Source: a virus
Length of the DNA: 64,000 nucleotides
Reading direction: 5' to 3' (one strand)
Virus record (IMG/VR): IMGVR_UViG_3300036832_001149
Span: 11,535-75,534 of that record
Part shown: positions 1 through 9,380 of the stretch, in pieces
Numbering within the stretch: the first letter of the stretch is position 1
How the letters are laid out: every line of letters begins with the position of its first letter
Notes under the pieces: model-generated
Told to the model about the DNA's origin: nothing
Seen by the model: the letters and a program-made list of their open reading frames with translations, nothing else
Database searches by the model: none
Translations under genes and position numbers: made by a program

Positions 1-234
1 GTCGGTGGCTTGTTCCATGCAGTACGCGCAGCGACTGTCGTTGCTGTTGTGTACGTGGGTGCCGTACAGCACGTCCTCGGTGCTGACTTCTGCGCCGGTG
101 CGGACCGCAAGTGCACCGCCCTTGGGCAGTACGACGGTCTTCAGGTACTTCTCCAGTTCGGTGTGGATCTCGCGCAGGTCCTTGGATCGCATGGATGAAG
201 CGCTGACCTGCAATGTGAATCGGTATAACGCCAT
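1..234 (-). CDS. hypothetical protein, runs off the window edge
   Basis: ATG at 234 behind GGAGGAGAAC; open frame MALYRFTLQVS... to position 1. Confidence 0.7.
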   Translation of the reverse strand, partial: MALYRFTLQVSASSMRSKDLREIHTELEKYLKTVVLPKGGALAVRTGAEVSTEDVLYGTHVHNSNDSRCAYCMEQATD

Positions 235-269
235 AGGTTCTCCTCCTCTCTTAGGTGTGGTCGGGGCAT

Positions 270-300
270 GAAAAAGGACCGCCCGGTCGGGGCGGCCCTC
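270..300 (-). terminator. intrinsic terminator
   Basis: minus-strand GGGCCGCCC/GGGCGGTCC stem followed by TTTTT. Confidence 0.7.
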
Positions 301-328
301 GGGCCAACGGCACTGTTCTCCTTCTCGG

Positions 329-517
329 TTAGGGGTTTTCCACCTCTCGGGGGTGCAGCAGAAGTGCTGTTGCCATCTCGAACAGGTTCAGGTGATGCCC
401 ACAGGAGATGCGCCACCAGATGTTGTCGTCCTGGGCATAGGCGGCCAGGAAGTCCTCCAGTGGTGCCGTGGGCGCTCCGGGATCATCCAGCATCGCCTGG
501 ACGGTTGGGGGGATCAT
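329..517 (-). CDS. hypothetical protein
   Basis: ATGA overlap with upstream gene; MIPPTVQAML... Confidence 0.65.
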   Translation of the reverse strand: MIPPTVQAMLDDPGAPTAPLEDFLAAYAQDDNIWWRISCGHHLNLFEMATALLLHPREVENP

Positions 518-720
518 GGGGCCTTCCACCCCTCGGGCGCGGTCGGCATCCCGATGATGACGTAGCACTCGGTGCAGCAGAAGTGCCCGTTCTCCATGTT
601 GAGGGTGGCCTCCTCGGCGAGCACGTAGTCGAGTGGTTCGATGTCCTCCCCGGTCTGCTCCGGCCAGTACTCGGGCAGCACGTCCGGGGTCCGGCGGCAG
701 CGGAAGCAGCGGACGTCCAT
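514..720 (-). CDS. small zinc-binding hypothetical protein
   Basis: CFRC...CCTEC motifs; start overlaps upstream stop. Confidence 0.7.
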   Translation of the reverse strand: MDVRCFRCRRTPDVLPEYWPEQTGEDIEPLDYVLAEEATLNMENGHFCCTECYVIIGMPTAPEGWKAP

Positions 721-1175
721 CAGGCGGGTTCCTTGTACGGCAGGCCGGTGATGTGGCGTTGCAACGTCTGGTAGAGCGCGGTGACCAGATTCATGTAGGC
801 GGGGGTGGCGCGCAACGTGCACACGTAGCGCACCAAGCCATCCCACTTGTTCTCCCTGATGTAGGAAGCACAATCGTCGCATGCGGCCCAGTCCCCATCA
901 CTGAAGTTCCCCGGCATCCCCGGCATCTCGAACGATGTTGCCGGGACGATCCACAGGCTGCCCTGCACTTGGTCGGCGTTGCAGAAGTCGCACCGGGGGC
1001 GGGACACGTCGTTGCGGCGCTGGGGGACCGCGACCGCCGGGTGGTCGGCTTCGGCGTCCCGGTCCTGGGCCGTGTGCTCGTACTCGGTCTTGTCCCACTG
1101 CGGCCACCGCTGTCTGCGGTCGAGCACCCGGCCGCAGACAGCACAGACCATGACCTTCTCATCGTCGTCTGACAT
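720..1175 (-). CDS. hypothetical protein with several CxxC motifs
   Basis: AAGGAGAAC RBS; CAVC, CDFC, CDDC. Confidence 0.8.
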   Translation of the reverse strand: MSDDDEKVMVCAVCGRVLDRRQRWPQWDKTEYEHTAQDRDAEADHPAVAVPQRRNDVSRPRCDFCNADQVQGSLWIVPATSFEMPGMPGNFSDGDWAACDDCASYIRENKWDGLVRYVCTLRATPAYMNLVTALYQTLQRHITGLPYKEPA

Positions 1176-1185
1176 GGTGTTCTCC

Positions 1186-2310
1186 TTATCTCGCTAAGAG
1201 GTTTATATGCGGTCGGAGCAACAGTGGCTTGTCCTCAGGGCCGCAAATCGTGGGATTGATATAGATGGCCCGCTGGTACCGCTCACCACCGTGGCCATAC
1301 CACTGGTTGCGCCAGTGGCCCCGCCGCAGCCAGCGGTGGTCCCACTCGACCTCGATACCGTGTACCTCGCGCCGGTGCTGCTGTCGGCGCAGGGTGATGA
1401 CGGTGACCGGACTGGCCGAGAACTTACGCCGTTTCAGCAGCTTGCCCACGGCCCGGTCCGGATAGACGTACTCCCGGGCCGCGATGGTCTGCTGACACAG
1501 CCGCCAGAAGCAGACCAACTGCTTCAGGTGACTGCCCGCCATGTCCGACGTCACCGTGTCGTAGACCGCCTGGATCGCGGCCAACTGTCCCCCGGTGAGG
1601 ATCGAGTCCTCCTTGGCCACCACCACGTAGTGAGATTTGGTGGTGCTCACGGTGGTGTCCGCGTCGATGTCGATGAACGGCTCGGCGCGTACGTCGTACT
1701 GGCTGTGCCAGTCCGTCGGCATCCCCGGCACCGCGTTCAACGCCCGGAGTGACTCGGTTTTCGGTGAGTGTTGGAGCAACTCGCCGAAGTACATCGGTTG
1801 GGATGCCATCAACATGTATCGGGCCAGACCGCTGGTGGGCGTCGACCTGAACAGTTGCTGATTGACCTCGTCCTCCGGATCGTTCCGATCGGTGAACCAG
1901 TCGACCATCACCCCGACCTTCTGGGTATGGGTCGACACATGCTCGTATTGCAGCAACGACCACAGCACGGCGTGCGCGTGCAGTGACCGGCCTCGTATGT
2001 CGCTGATCGCCAGGGGCTCCGGCAGGTAGAGGAACCCCTGGTTCGACGGCAGATCCTGCGGCATCAGCGGTTCGTCGGGCATCTCCCGAGCCGCCGCCGC
2101 GATCAACTGCGTCATCGGCACGGTGATGGTGAACGTCTCGGCCGCCCGCAGCGTGTCCGCCATCGCCTGGGCGTGGGTGCCTGGTGGGACGAGACCTCCG
2201 ACGCTCTTCCTGTCTATCTTGTCGAAGCCGTCGATGTAGCGCTGGTAGAAGTCGGTGTGAAGGTCCTCCTCCAATCGCAGCTTGGCCAGGTGGGCATCCA
2301 GGTAGGCCAT
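1186..2310 (-). CDS. phage hypothetical protein (C-terminal RGHWRNQWYG motif)
   Basis: 374 aa; WLRRGHWRNQW...IYINP..GP motif, which I recognise from actinophage hypothetical proteins. Confidence 0.8.
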   Translation of the reverse strand: MAYLDAHLAKLRLEEDLHTDFYQRYIDGFDKIDRKSVGGLVPPGTHAQAMADTLRAAETFTITVPMTQLIAAAAREMPDEPLMPQDLPSNQGFLYLPEPLAISDIRGRSLHAHAVLWSLLQYEHVSTHTQKVGVMVDWFTDRNDPEDEVNQQLFRSTPTSGLARYMLMASQPMYFGELLQHSPKTESLRALNAVPGMPTDWHSQYDVRAEPFIDIDADTTVSTTKSHYVVVAKEDSILTGGQLAAIQAVYDTVTSDMAGSHLKQLVCFWRLCQQTIAAREYVYPDRAVGKLLKRRKFSASPVTVITLRRQQHRREVHGIEVEWDHRWLRRGHWRNQWYGHGGERYQRAIYINPTICGPEDKPLLLRPHINLLAR

Positions 2311-2313
2311 CTA

Positions 2314-2697
2314 TCACACCGCCACCGGGATGGGCTCGGCGGTGGTCTCGCTCCGGCGGATGTGGGCGTTGTTGTGCAGTCCCCAGCCGGAGCCCATCGT
2401 CACCTGCTTGTCGCAGAGCGAACATTGGACCAGGGCCCGGGTTCCGCCCCTCCTCGGCGCGGTGTCCCGGATCTTCTCGCCCATCCGCGAGCGATCTGGA
2501 TGGGGTTGTTCGTCCTGGTAGCCGTAGTCGAGGATCTGCCGGACGGTCAGGCTCTCCGTGTGCTCGGCACAGGCGTCGATCTTGATCAGCTTGCCGTGTT
2601 GCAGGATGGTGGTGACCGCTTCGGTGGCGGGCACCTTGGTCTTGTTCTTCTTCAGGTCGATGTCACACCAGACGGACCTGACTAGTTCGACGGCCAC
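2314..2697 (-). CDS. hypothetical protein with C2H2-like zinc finger
   Basis: AAGGAGAAC RBS; CSLC...H...H. Confidence 0.75.
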   Translation of the reverse strand: MAVELVRSVWCDIDLKKNKTKVPATEAVTTILQHGKLIKIDACAEHTESLTVRQILDYGYQDEQPHPDRSRMGEKIRDTAPRRGGTRALVQCSLCDKQVTMGSGWGLHNNAHIRRSETTAEPIPVAV

Positions 2698-3149
2698 TGC
2701 TTGTTCTCCTTCAATGCCTTGATGGTTCGCCCTGACCGGGGCATGTTCTTGGCGTCGTACTCGACGCCGCTGTCCACTTCGACGTAGTCGCCCCGGCTGA
2801 CCGATTCCAGCCGCAGCGCGCCTTTACCTTCTGTGTTGACCCGACCGAATCCCTCCAACAGGTACAGCGGCTGACCGTCCTCGTCGCGGGGGTAGTTCAT
2901 CCCCTTGGCCACGACGAGTCCGCGTTCGGTCCATTCCTCCCACTTGGTCACCCCGCAGTCACGCAGGCAGTGGAACGGGACGTACCAGTAGTGGAACCGG
3001 ATGATGTGCTCGGCCCGGCCGGTCTGGGACCACGAGTGACCTTGCAAACGGCACTGGAGCACCTGGTCCGACCACTTCTGGGCGGCGTCGGCCACCACCT
3101 CGAAGTCGGCATTTCCGTCATTGATGGTCTTGCGGCGGCGTGGTGGCAT
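2682..3149 (-). CDS. hypothetical protein
   Basis: AAGGAGAAC RBS before ATG 3149; C-x4-H...CLRDC. Confidence 0.75.
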   Translation of the reverse strand: MPPRRRKTINDGNADFEVVADAAQKWSDQVLQCRLQGHSWSQTGRAEHIIRFHYWYVPFHCLRDCGVTKWEEWTERGLVVAKGMNYPRDEDGQPLYLLEGFGRVNTEGKGALRLESVSRGDYVEVDSGVEYDAKNMPRSGRTIKALKENKQWPSN

Positions 3150-3397
3150 TACAGTTCTCCTTCTTCCTGGGAAGCCCGGTCGAAGACCAGGGCGATGGAC
3201 TTGACCTGGAGCGACGTGGGACAGGGCCACGGCACCTTGCAGACCGGGCAGTGGGCGAAGCTGTCCGGGGTGTGCAGGTCGGTCAACAGGACCAGTTCCT
3301 TGGCGGCCCAGAGCAGCGCCGACAGCAGCCGGTTGGCCTGGGCCAGGTTGGTTTCAGCCTGCTTGCGCCAGCGGTCCGCCTCTCTTTCAGTTGCCAT
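3149..3397 (-). CDS. hypothetical protein with CxxCxxxWPCPT motif
   Basis: ORF track; tight operon packing. Confidence 0.75.
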   Translation of the reverse strand: MATEREADRWRKQAETNLAQANRLLSALLWAAKELVLLTDLHTPDSFAHCPVCKVPWPCPTSLQVKSIALVFDRASQEEGEL

Positions 3398-3575
3398 GGA
3401 TTCTTCCTTTCTCTTTCCGCAGTTCCTTCCAGAACCGGTCGTTCTCCTGCTCCTCCAGCAACTGTTGGAGGAGTCGTGCTTGGTGTCGGGGTTGGTAGAC
3501 GTCCCGGTAGCCGATGACGGCAGCGGGACAGACCAGCAGGATGAAGACGATCTCGACGAAAGCGCCCCAGTTCAT
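3387..3575 (-). CDS. small membrane protein
   Basis: MNWGAFVEIVFILLVCPAAVIG hydrophobic segment; ATGA overlap. Confidence 0.7.
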   Translation of the reverse strand: MNWGAFVEIVFILLVCPAAVIGYRDVYQPRHQARLLQQLLEEQENDRFWKELRKEKGRIHGN

Positions 3576-3838
3576 CGGCGTCCGGTGATGCGACCGATCA
3601 TCTCGGTGGCTTGGGCCGGGAACGTGACCTGATAGATCAGGAACCAGAGCACCACCAGCGGCCAGAAGAAGCTGGCCATGAAGGTCAGCACCATGACCGC
3701 GAACGGATCGGTCGGGTAGAGGTTCGGCTTGGGCGTCCGCTCCACCAGGTCCTCGTGCAGGGACGCCCACAGCCGCAGCAGCGCTATCCAGCAGAGCACC
3801 GTGCCGAGCAGGTAGAGCAGGATCAGTGGGAGCGTCAC
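3572..3838 (-). CDS. membrane protein (2 TM)
   Basis: two hydrophobic helices; GTGA overlap. Confidence 0.75.
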   Translation of the reverse strand: MTLPLILLYLLGTVLCWIALLRLWASLHEDLVERTPKPNLYPTDPFAVMVLTFMASFFWPLVVLWFLIYQVTFPAQATEMIGRITGRR

Positions 3839-3978
3839 ACGCCCTCCGGCATCTTCCAGTTGGACGGGTGCCGGGCGATGGCCGCCTTCCGGTCAGCCTC
3901 GTTGATCGGCTCGTCCCATTCCGGTTCCTCGGTCTCGGGCTCATCCGGGTCGGGGACAGTCGACTCCTGGTCCTTCAC
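3835..3978 (-). CDS. small acidic hypothetical protein (47 aa, not in ORF track)
   Basis: GGAGGAGAAC RBS, GTG 3978; fills the gap with 4-nt overlaps on both sides. Confidence 0.65.
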   Translation of the reverse strand: MKDQESTVPDPDEPETEEPEWDEPINEADRKAAIARHPSNWKMPEGV

Positions 3979-4190
3979 TGGTTCTCCTCCAGCACGATGA
4001 CGTCCCGGTAGGCCCGACGACGCCCGAGGGTGACCTCGGTGAAGAGGTTGAACAGGGCGTTGCGGACCATCACCGAGGTGTTCTCCGGGGCGTCCACGGT
4101 GAAGCCGAAGCTCATCCGTCCGATGGACTTGCCGTTGATTGAGCCCAGGGGGAATCGGACGTGGATGGGCAGTGGCGTTGGTTGGCTCAT
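3975..4190 (-). CDS. hypothetical protein
   Basis: AAGGAGAAC RBS. Confidence 0.7.
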   Translation of the reverse strand: MSQPTPLPIHVRFPLGSINGKSIGRMSFGFTVDAPENTSVMVRNALFNLFTEVTLGRRRAYRDVIVLEENQ

Positions 4191-4540
4191 GAGTTCTCCT
4201 TGTGGGTGACGGTGTCGTTGGATTCGACGGTGATGTCGGCCGTGTCGTGCCAGTCCTCGGCGAAGGTGTTGTCGGTGTTGACCTTGACGCGCACGGTCAT
4301 GGCCTGGGGCATCCTCTTGTGCTCGTCGTTGTAGCGCGTCATCCGGGTGCCGATGAAGATCATCAGGTGATCCATCAGCACGTTCATCGCCTTCTCCGAG
4401 AACCCGTACTCCTCGCCGTCGCGGATGATGGCTCCCGGGGTCCGGGCCAGCCGGAACTCGAACTCGTCTCCGCTCTGGTCGAGGAACTGGTTCCAGATCT
4501 CCAGCTTCTGTTCGTCCTCGTCGGGACTGGGGTTGGTCAT
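4187..4540 (-). CDS. hypothetical protein
   Basis: TAGGAGAAC RBS before ATG 4540. Confidence 0.75.
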   Translation of the reverse strand: MTNPSPDEDEQKLEIWNQFLDQSGDEFEFRLARTPGAIIRDGEEYGFSEKAMNVLMDHLMIFIGTRMTRYNDEHKRMPQAMTVRVKVNTDNTFAEDWHDTADITVESNDTVTHKENS

Positions 4541-4551
4541 GTGGTGTTCTC

Positions 4552-4773
4552 CTAGCTGCTGGATCGAATGAGGAAGAACCACATCAGCAGCGATGTGGCC
4601 AACAGTGTGTAGCGCAGGATCTGGTGTCGCTTCTGCTTGGACAGCCTCAACCAGAAGGGCTGGGCGTGCTGGTACAGGGCGATGACGGGGATGAACATCA
4701 CCCAGAGCAGGACGACGTAGACCCCCCAGATCAGCAGGAACGGGGCGGCCAGCCCCAAGAGCAGAAAGACCAT
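4552..4773 (-). CDS. membrane protein
   Basis: TAGGAGAAC RBS; hydrophobic segments. Confidence 0.75.
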   Translation of the reverse strand: MVFLLLGLAAPFLLIWGVYVVLLWVMFIPVIALYQHAQPFWLRLSKQKRHQILRYTLLATSLLMWFFLIRSSS

Positions 4774-4781
4774 GTGTTCTC

Positions 4782-5141
4782 CTATCGGTCGTTGCTTATC
4801 GTTGGATGGGCGTCGACCAACGGGCAGTTGGAGTCGACGTACTTCATTCCGTGCAGCACCCCCAAGGGCTGCTGGTCGTTGCCTTGGACGAACACGTCCA
4901 CACAGCCCGGGTGGCTCGTGTTCGGTCGGACGGTGTACACCCCGGCCGAATTGGACCGGGTGCACGGCAATGGAGAGGCCCGCTTCAGCGGAAGCAGGGT
5001 GGTGGACCCCTCCGACCGGCACTCCGGAGCGATGCTCCGGGCCCGATCCTGATTGACGATGGCCTGCCGCTGGAGCGGCGACGGACGCTCGGGACTGAGC
5101 GCTCTGTCGTTCCAGGCCAGCAGCAGGATGGCCAGGACCAC
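4782..5141 (-). CDS. secreted or membrane-anchored hypothetical protein (start uncertain)
   Basis: N-terminal hydrophobic stretch; four Cys. Confidence 0.6.
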   Translation of the reverse strand: MVLAILLLAWNDRALSPERPSPLQRQAIVNQDRARSIAPECRSEGSTTLLPLKRASPLPCTRSNSAGVYTVRPNTSHPGCVDVFVQGNDQQPLGVLHGMKYVDSNCPLVDAHPTISNDR

Positions 5142-5253
5142 AAGAACAGCGAGTATCCGTCGCTGGATCTGGTTCAGGATTTGATCACCCGCAACACGAT
5201 CCAGGTCGAACCGATACCGAGCCCCATTCCGATGACACCGGCGGCGAGAACGA

Positions 5254-5514
5254 TCATTCCTCCGGTGCCTCTCCGGGACATTCGGTGTCCTGGTTGCCCC
5301 AGAACTTGTCGCAGAGGAAGCACACGACGATCGGCGGGACGGCCATGGTCGTGGCGTTCAGTGTCGTGTGGGTGGGCGGGTTCACGTAGTAGCCCACGTG
5401 GGTGAGCCACAGGTGCTGCTTGCGGCTTTCCGCCTCGGCTATCCGCCGCTCGAACTCTTCGTAGATCGCATCGACGTCGAGCTTGATCACCCGATCGTCC
5501 GGTGTGTCGTTCAC
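5254..5514 (-). CDS. hypothetical protein, paralogue of 5511-5834
   Basis: HLW...CFLC...W...CPGE. Confidence 0.75.
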   Translation of the reverse strand: MNDTPDDRVIKLDVDAIYEEFERRIAEAESRKQHLWLTHVGYYVNPPTHTTLNATTMAVPPIVVCFLCDKFWGNQDTECPGEAPEE

Positions 5515-5834
5515 TCGCTGGCCTTCGGCCGTGGCTCACCCGGGCAGGCCCGGTAATTCATCTGCTCCTGCCAGGGCTCCTCGCAGATGTAGCAGCCGAC
5601 CGCCGGGGAAAACGCCATCGAATCGGCGTCCAGGATCGCCCCGTCGTGCAGCGGCGGGTCGGGGATGTGGAAGCAGACCGTGGCGATCCACAGGTGGGTG
5701 CGGTATTTGATCGCCTGGTTGTACCGCTGGTCGAACCGCTCCTGGGCGGCGACCTGTCGATCGCCGCTGATGTGCTGGCTGAACCCGAGCGACTGGAACC
5801 GGTGGGCCAGGACGTCCTCTTCGTTGGAGGTCAC
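5511..5834 (-). CDS. hypothetical protein, paralogue of 5254-5514
   Basis: HLW...CYIC...W...CPGE. Confidence 0.75.
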   Translation of the reverse strand: MTSNEEDVLAHRFQSLGFSQHISGDRQVAAQERFDQRYNQAIKYRTHLWIATVCFHIPDPPLHDGAILDADSMAFSPAVGCYICEEPWQEQMNYRACPGEPRPKASE

Positions 5835-6337
5835 AGTGTCGCCTCGCCGTCCTCACCGGTCTTGATGAGCCAGTCCAGACAGGCCACGACATCGGCGTGG
5901 GAGGTGCACTCGTTGAACAGCCCGATCCCGGTGTGACTGCAGTTCACGATGCACTCGTCGTCCTGGCAGCGCTCGGTCGTCAACGGGATGTGCGGGGAGT
6001 GCTCCTTGAATCCGTCCGCCGCCCGGTTGATCAGGTCGTACTCCTCCAGGCCCAATGCCTTCACGCCGATCCTGGCGTAGTCAGGGCTGGGCTCGTAGGG
6101 GAGTTCGTCCTCGCGGTGGACCGTGCTGATGTTCCATATGCCGTGCATGTTGCGAGTGGCAACAAGCAGGCCGGACAGGATAGCCGCATGTCCGGCGACG
6201 CAGGCCGGTGTGTTGCACAGGTTGTTCAGGCGGCTCCGGCTCCCGGCCATGGTTATCCAACTGCCCTGGTCGTGCCGCTCGGGCTCGAACAGGATGATGT
6301 CCCGCACCTGGCGGCACCGTTCGACGTTGATGGGCAT
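5831..6337 (-). CDS. hypothetical protein
   Basis: AAGGAAG RBS; HDQGSW...CNTPACVAGHA motif. Confidence 0.75.
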   Translation of the reverse strand: MPINVERCRQVRDIILFEPERHDQGSWITMAGSRSRLNNLCNTPACVAGHAAILSGLLVATRNMHGIWNISTVHREDELPYEPSPDYARIGVKALGLEEYDLINRAADGFKEHSPHIPLTTERCQDDECIVNCSHTGIGLFNECTSHADVVACLDWLIKTGEDGEATL

Positions 6338-6387
6338 TGCTTACTTCCTTTCGTCGGGGTTGATGACGCTGTGCACTGTCGTGTCGA

Positions 6388-7068
6388 TCACGGCGTCGCA
6401 TCCATCAGTGCGCGTAGCGCTTCGTAGAGACGACCGGCGTTCGTGGCTGAGGCTCGGGCCGGAACGATCTCGATCTCCACCTTGTCGGTGTCACGGAAAC
6501 GGGTGATCCGGTATTCGATCCCGGCCCGGTCGACTGCGACCACACCACGGAGTTCACGGGCATCTGGTCTGTCACGAAACGATCCGTGAAGATCGTCGGG
6601 ATTTTCCCCTTTGTTGAGTTCGATCCCGTACCCCTCGGTCGAGAGCACCCAGGCGGCCCGGTCCCAGGTCAGGTCGCCGTTGGGCATGACCATGGACAGC
6701 ATCATCTGTTGTGGATTGACCTTCTCCTCTCCGGTGGGTAGGTCGTTGTGACGGCCGAGCATCGTTTCGGCTACGAGGTTCAGGGCCTGGGCGAGCGACT
6801 TCCCGCCATAGCGGGAAGCTAGGGGCGGCAGGGGGAAAAGCTGCACGTTGTACTTGACCGCGTCCAAGCCGAGTTGGGTGAGTTGTTCGGCCACATCGGT
6901 CGGTGGCAGGTCGCGGTAGATCAGCCACAGCGTCGGATACTCGTCCCAGCCCACGTCGTTGATGCTCTCCTCGATCTGGAGCATCGTGACGGCCAGGGTG
7001 GCGGCGGTCGAGTCGCCGGTCTCCTCCAGGTACTTCACTACATCAGGGTGCATTTCTTCTGATTCCAC
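6388..7068 (-). CDS. hypothetical protein (start GTG 7068 or ATG 7053)
   Basis: long ORF; AGGAG upstream. Confidence 0.75.
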   Translation of the reverse strand: MESEEMHPDVVKYLEETGDSTAATLAVTMLQIEESINDVGWDEYPTLWLIYRDLPPTDVAEQLTQLGLDAVKYNVQLFPLPPLASRYGGKSLAQALNLVAETMLGRHNDLPTGEEKVNPQQMMLSMVMPNGDLTWDRAAWVLSTEGYGIELNKGENPDDLHGSFRDRPDARELRGVVAVDRAGIEYRITRFRDTDKVEIEIVPARASATNAGRLYEALRALMDATP

Positions 7069-7107
7069 GAGATGTGCTCTCCTCATTCTGGTGGGGTGGG
7101 GAAACGA

Positions 7108-7136
7108 CAAAAGGGGCCACCGGTGTGGTGGCCCCT
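7108..7136 (-). terminator. intrinsic terminator
   Basis: AGGGGCCACC/GGTGGCCCCT stem followed by TTT. Confidence 0.7.
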
Positions 7137-7144
7137 TCGGGGTG

Positions 7145-7357
7145 TCAGGCTGTGATGTACATCCAGGATTCGAGCAACTCCATGATCTGACTGGTGGTCA
7201 TCCGCTCGGAATTGTCGAGGTAGAAGGCTCTCACGGCATCGTTTCCGTGCCGCTTGGCCTCCTCCAGACGTTCAGCCTGGCGATCGGACATCTCGATCGC
7301 AACATCGAGGAGGACTTGGATGTCCTCCCTGGGGCGATCGTCCTTCTTCTGATCCAT
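7145..7357 (-). CDS. hypothetical protein
   Basis: AAGGAGAAC RBS; own promoter and terminator. Confidence 0.75.
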   Translation of the reverse strand: MDQKKDDRPREDIQVLLDVAIEMSDRQAERLEEAKRHGNDAVRAFYLDNSERMTTSQIMELLESWMYITA

Positions 7358-7413
7358 CTGGATGTTCTCCTTGTGGCATGAGGCCCCCTCCCCTGTGGAC
7401 GGGGCCATGTACT

Positions 7414-7442
7414 ACTATACACCACTAGGATGCTATCTGCAA
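7414..7442 (-). promoter_or_regulatory. sigma70/SigA-type promoter
   Basis: TTGCAG-17-TATAGT. Confidence 0.65.
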
Positions 7443-7456
7443 TAACTGGCTCCTGG

Positions 7457-8044
7457 TCATATATGGTAATCAACGATGGTCAGCATGGCCTGGTCGGGTA
7501 GCCCTTCCAGGAAGTTCTGGTACCAGTCCTCCCAGGCCAGTTGATCCGATTCATCATCGGAGGACTGGCCGAACCAGCCCAGGCGACCAACCTCATGCCA
7601 GATGCCCTCGGCCAGCACGGCGTGGGTGCGCAGTGTTCGCATGGTGTCCCGGTCGATGTCGCCCTTGCGGGCCCGGTCCACGACGAGCGCACCTTTGGCT
7701 CCAGGCTGCTTGAGCAGCAGCAGGCCCGGCCAACGTCCGCCCACCTGATACCAGTCCCACTTGGACCTCGGGTTGGCGGTCGACCAGGAGAACAGACCGT
7801 AGTCATCAGCGCCATATTCGTCATTGCCGTAGTGAGTGTTCAACCAGGCCGCTACCGCAACCGGGTCCAACAGATCGACGGTGGATTCGCCATTTTCGAC
7901 GGCTTTGGCCACCACGGAGACCGGGTATACGGACGGGTCCAGGCCCGGCCGCTCCTTATAGGGTGTAAACAGAATATTTTCGTTATAAGGGGCCATCTGA
8001 CCGTCGACATCGTCGCCAACGACCAGCACAGTTGCATGACTCAT
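7457..8044 (-). CDS. phage hypothetical protein (NPxSKWDWYQVGGRW family)
   Basis: KWDWYQVGGRW...GWFG...VDYHI motifs. Confidence 0.8.
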   Translation of the reverse strand: MSHATVLVVGDDVDGQMAPYNENILFTPYKERPGLDPSVYPVSVVAKAVENGESTVDLLDPVAVAAWLNTHYGNDEYGADDYGLFSWSTANPRSKWDWYQVGGRWPGLLLLKQPGAKGALVVDRARKGDIDRDTMRTLRTHAVLAEGIWHEVGRLGWFGQSSDDESDQLAWEDWYQNFLEGLPDQAMLTIVDYHI

Positions 8045-8265
8045 GATTCGATTCTCTTTCGTTGGTGGGATGGTGATTCGTGCCGCATGATCCGACAAGT
8101 ACGACAGGTGGGCTGGTCGTCCTCGGTGGTGAACCGGCCCAGGTAGATGTTGACCGGTCGCCCGCAGAGCGTCTGGCCCGAGGGACCGATGCCGGGCAGA
8201 TCGAGCACCGCGTGCAGTTGGCCGCCGCCCCGTCCGCTGAAGTAGAACCACTCCAGGTCAGACAT
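8041..8265 (-). CDS. small zinc-binding hypothetical protein
   Basis: H...LCG...CRTC. Confidence 0.7.
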   Translation of the reverse strand: MSDLEWFYFSGRGGGQLHAVLDLPGIGPSGQTLCGRPVNIYLGRFTTEDDQPTCRTCRIMRHESPSHQRKRIES

Positions 8266-8695
8266 CGTCCTGGCCGTCCTTCAGGAGCATCAGCGGTGTC
8301 GCCCGTTCCAGGGCCAAGGCCGCCCGCACCAGGGCCACCGCCACCCGGTGCCCCTCCACCGCCTCGTCCTCGGTGGCGTAGCGCCACATGTTCTCATCCA
8401 GCGCACCGCCGAAGATCATCGTCTCGAAGATGATCGGCGGACCGATCCGGGCGTAGTTCATGTCCATGCCGATCCAGACCGTGGAGATCCGTACCTCGTC
8501 CTCGCTGCCCAGGCCCAGGATCGTCTCGGCGACCCGCATATAGCCGCGCGGGTAGTCCGGTCTGTCCTCCCGCCGTTTGGCCCAGCACATCAGGCACAGC
8601 GTCTTGCCCTGCCGGTCGTAGTACATCGGCAGGTACGACGGTCCGGCGGAGTCATCGTGCCCGCAGTCCCGCCAGAAGCCGTTCTGGTCGGTCAT
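8258..8695 (-). CDS. phage hypothetical protein
   Basis: ISTVWIG...FETMIFGG...RYAT.DEA..GH motif. Confidence 0.75.
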   Translation of the reverse strand: MTDQNGFWRDCGHDDSAGPSYLPMYYDRQGKTLCLMCWAKRREDRPDYPRGYMRVAETILGLGSEDEVRISTVWIGMDMNYARIGPPIIFETMIFGGALDENMWRYATEDEAVEGHRVAVALVRAALALERATPLMLLKDGQDDV

Positions 8696-9123
8696 GGCTC
8701 CCGCTCTACCTCCTCGTCGTCGGACGGGTCCCAGGGTGAGAACAGCGCGTCCCGCGTGCTGTCCCGGTTCGCCCAGGCGTAGGTCGGGCACGGCCACGCC
8801 CAGCCGCACTCGTTGCAGTCACCGGTCGTGCCGCCGTGCTCGTCGACCTGCTTGGCGTGCATCTCGGCAATGCGCTGCATCCGTTGTTCCACGCCGCTCG
8901 TCACGCTTTCCTTCCCGTCGGCATGGTCGGCGGCGATGGTCAGCACGGCCGCCAGTCGGCGGGCCCCGGCCGGGGTCAGCACGATGAGTTCTTCGGGTCG
9001 GGCCGGGTAGATCGTCACGGTCCGGTACCGGCTGGACGTGCCGTCCGCCCCGATGTCGCAGCCGATGCCGGTATGGAAGGTGCGGACCCCGTCGTAGTCG
9101 GAGTACTCCACGTCGTCGGTCAT
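8692..9123 (-). CDS. hypothetical protein with CxxCxxxWPCPT motif
   Basis: ATGA overlap; CNECGWAWPCPT. Confidence 0.75.
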   Translation of the reverse strand: MTDDVEYSDYDGVRTFHTGIGCDIGADGTSSRYRTVTIYPARPEELIVLTPAGARRLAAVLTIAADHADGKESVTSGVEQRMQRIAEMHAKQVDEHGGTTGDCNECGWAWPCPTYAWANRDSTRDALFSPWDPSDDEEVEREP

Positions 9124-9380
9124 TTCCCGACCCTTTCCAGCCACTCACGCAGTGCCGCTGCCACGTCCGCGCGACTTGCTTGGCCACCGTTCATCAGCAG
9201 GCCGATGACCAGGGCACCCATCCCGTCGACCAATATGGTCATGTCACCGGCGGCGTCCACCTGGTCCCAGACCTGCTGGCGCAGCACGTCGTCGCGGGTC
9301 ACCCCGGACAGGGTGTAGCTCAGGGCCAGCCGTATGCAGGCGTTGCTGTAGTCGTCGTCCGATCCCCATCGCGCGCTCAT
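9120..9380 (-). CDS. hypothetical protein
   Basis: operon packing. Confidence 0.7.
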   Translation of the reverse strand: MSARWGSDDDYSNACIRLALSYTLSGVTRDDVLRQQVWDQVDAAGDMTILVDGMGALVIGLLMNGGQASRADVAAALREWLERVGK